The notes beneath the pieces are model-generated. The model saw only the letters and a program-made list of their open reading frames with translations. It did no database searches and was not told the origin of the DNA. DNA of 51,241 nucleotides, counting the filler, from Sphacelaria rigidula (Eukaryota): NCBI GenBank assembly GCA_964200075.2. It is 2 parts of 2 records of this genome, joined end to end, with 100 filler letters (N's around TTAATTAATTAA, not from the genome) between each part and the next. Parts side by side here need not be neighbours in the genome. Positions count along the whole stretch, not along the records: positions 25,687 to 51,241 come from CAXNAA020000162.1; 1 more part is not named here. The stretch is one strand, 5' to 3'. Below are positions 50,310 to 51,241 of this stretch, piece by piece; position 1 is the stretch's first letter, and each line of letters opens with the position of its first letter. The position numbers and the translations under genes were made by a program.

Positions 50310-51241
50310 TGGGGGGCGGGGGGGGGCGTACTCATTTGTTGCTTGCCTTAGTCGTTTGACCATTGACCACGCATCCCTTTCGAGACGGAGCACTGGTAGG
50401 GGGCGGGGGGGGTTCTCATTTGATGCTTGCCTTAGTCTTTTGACCTTTGACTACGCATCAGTTTTCGAGACGGAGAACCCGTTCCTACTCCTCATAGAGA
50501 TACCTCCAACGTGTGGCCGCGCATTGCGTTTCATCCATATACTAGACTAGAGGGGGGTGAGGGGGGGCGTACTCATTTGTTGCTTGCCTTAGTCGTTTGA
50601 CCNNNNNNNNNNTAGGGGGTGCTGGGTGGGCGTACTCATTTGTTGCTTGCCTTAGTCGTTTGACCATTGAACACGCATCCTTTTCGAAACGGAGCACCGT
50701 TCCTACTCCTAATAGAGACACCTCCATATTTTCGGTGCCCATTACGTTTCTTCCATACATAACATGAAACCTTTCACATGTCTCGTCTCCTTCCTGATTC
50801 GCCTTCTGTGGCCACCATCTATCTCCTAGTATAGCCATCGTTTCCCCCCCACTGTCTAATGCATAAAACGATCTCATGCCACCTTCGTTCACGTCCCGCA
50901 TCTCCCCCTCTAGCGTGTCCCGTTCTTCCTTCTAGAATTTATATTCTGCCACTATATGAGTTCTGCTCTCTATTGCTTCGCCACAGGAGTAATTCTGTAC
51001 ATCTGCCTCCTCCTCCGCTCGACTACTGGTTCATCTCTTGCTTGTTTCTGGCAGGTCCAGGTCCCCCTGCCAGAAAGAAGAAAGAGGTATACTAGTAGTC
51101 GAAAGGGGGAGGAGGAGGGGGCGTACTCATTTGTTGCTTGCCTTAGTCGTTCGACCATTGACCACGCATCCATCTCGAGACGGAGGAGGGTTCGTAGTGC
51201 TAATAGAGACACTTCCAACCTTCTGGTGCTCATTACTTTCC
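50310..51241 (-). mobile_element. Head-to-tail cluster of five 5'-truncated LINE 3' ends with poly(C) tails
   Basis: G-run+CGTACTCATTTGTTGCTTGCCTTAGTCG (or close variant) starts near 50310, 50398, 50550, 50615 and 51104. Longest copy (about 50615-51067) encodes GDLDLPE...CGEAIESRTHIVAE...AILGDRWWPQ. An N gap at 50603-50612 may duplicate one copy. Confidence 0.8.

Overview
Eukaryotic, intron-rich nuclear DNA, most likely from a brown alga (inferred from multi-kb GT-AG introns, stramenopile-style bipartite leaders and the repeat content; species not identifiable here). Manual splicing gives three genes: (1) a complete 5-exon ankyrin-repeat gene on + (2818-22533, 242 aa); (2) a complete 2-exon mitochondrial complex I NDUFB2/AGGG-like gene on - (29780-27250, 131 aa); (3) the 5' part of an ABC1/UbiB atypical kinase gene on + (36859 to beyond the window). 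A possible first exon of a fourth gene lies on - at 2331-2204. Introns and spacers are filled with decayed transposons: RTE-like LINEs, two tRNA-derived SINE families, PIF/Harbinger-like and hAT-like non-autonomous elements with TSDs, foldbacks and tandem repeats. The most unusual signal is a family of about 10 LINE 3' ends whose ORF stop is followed by a ~5-nt UTR and a poly(C) rather than poly(A) tail, apparently targeting C-rich sites and stacking head-to-tail. All family assignments are from motif recognition, not database searches. An artificial scaffold linker sits at 25587-25686.
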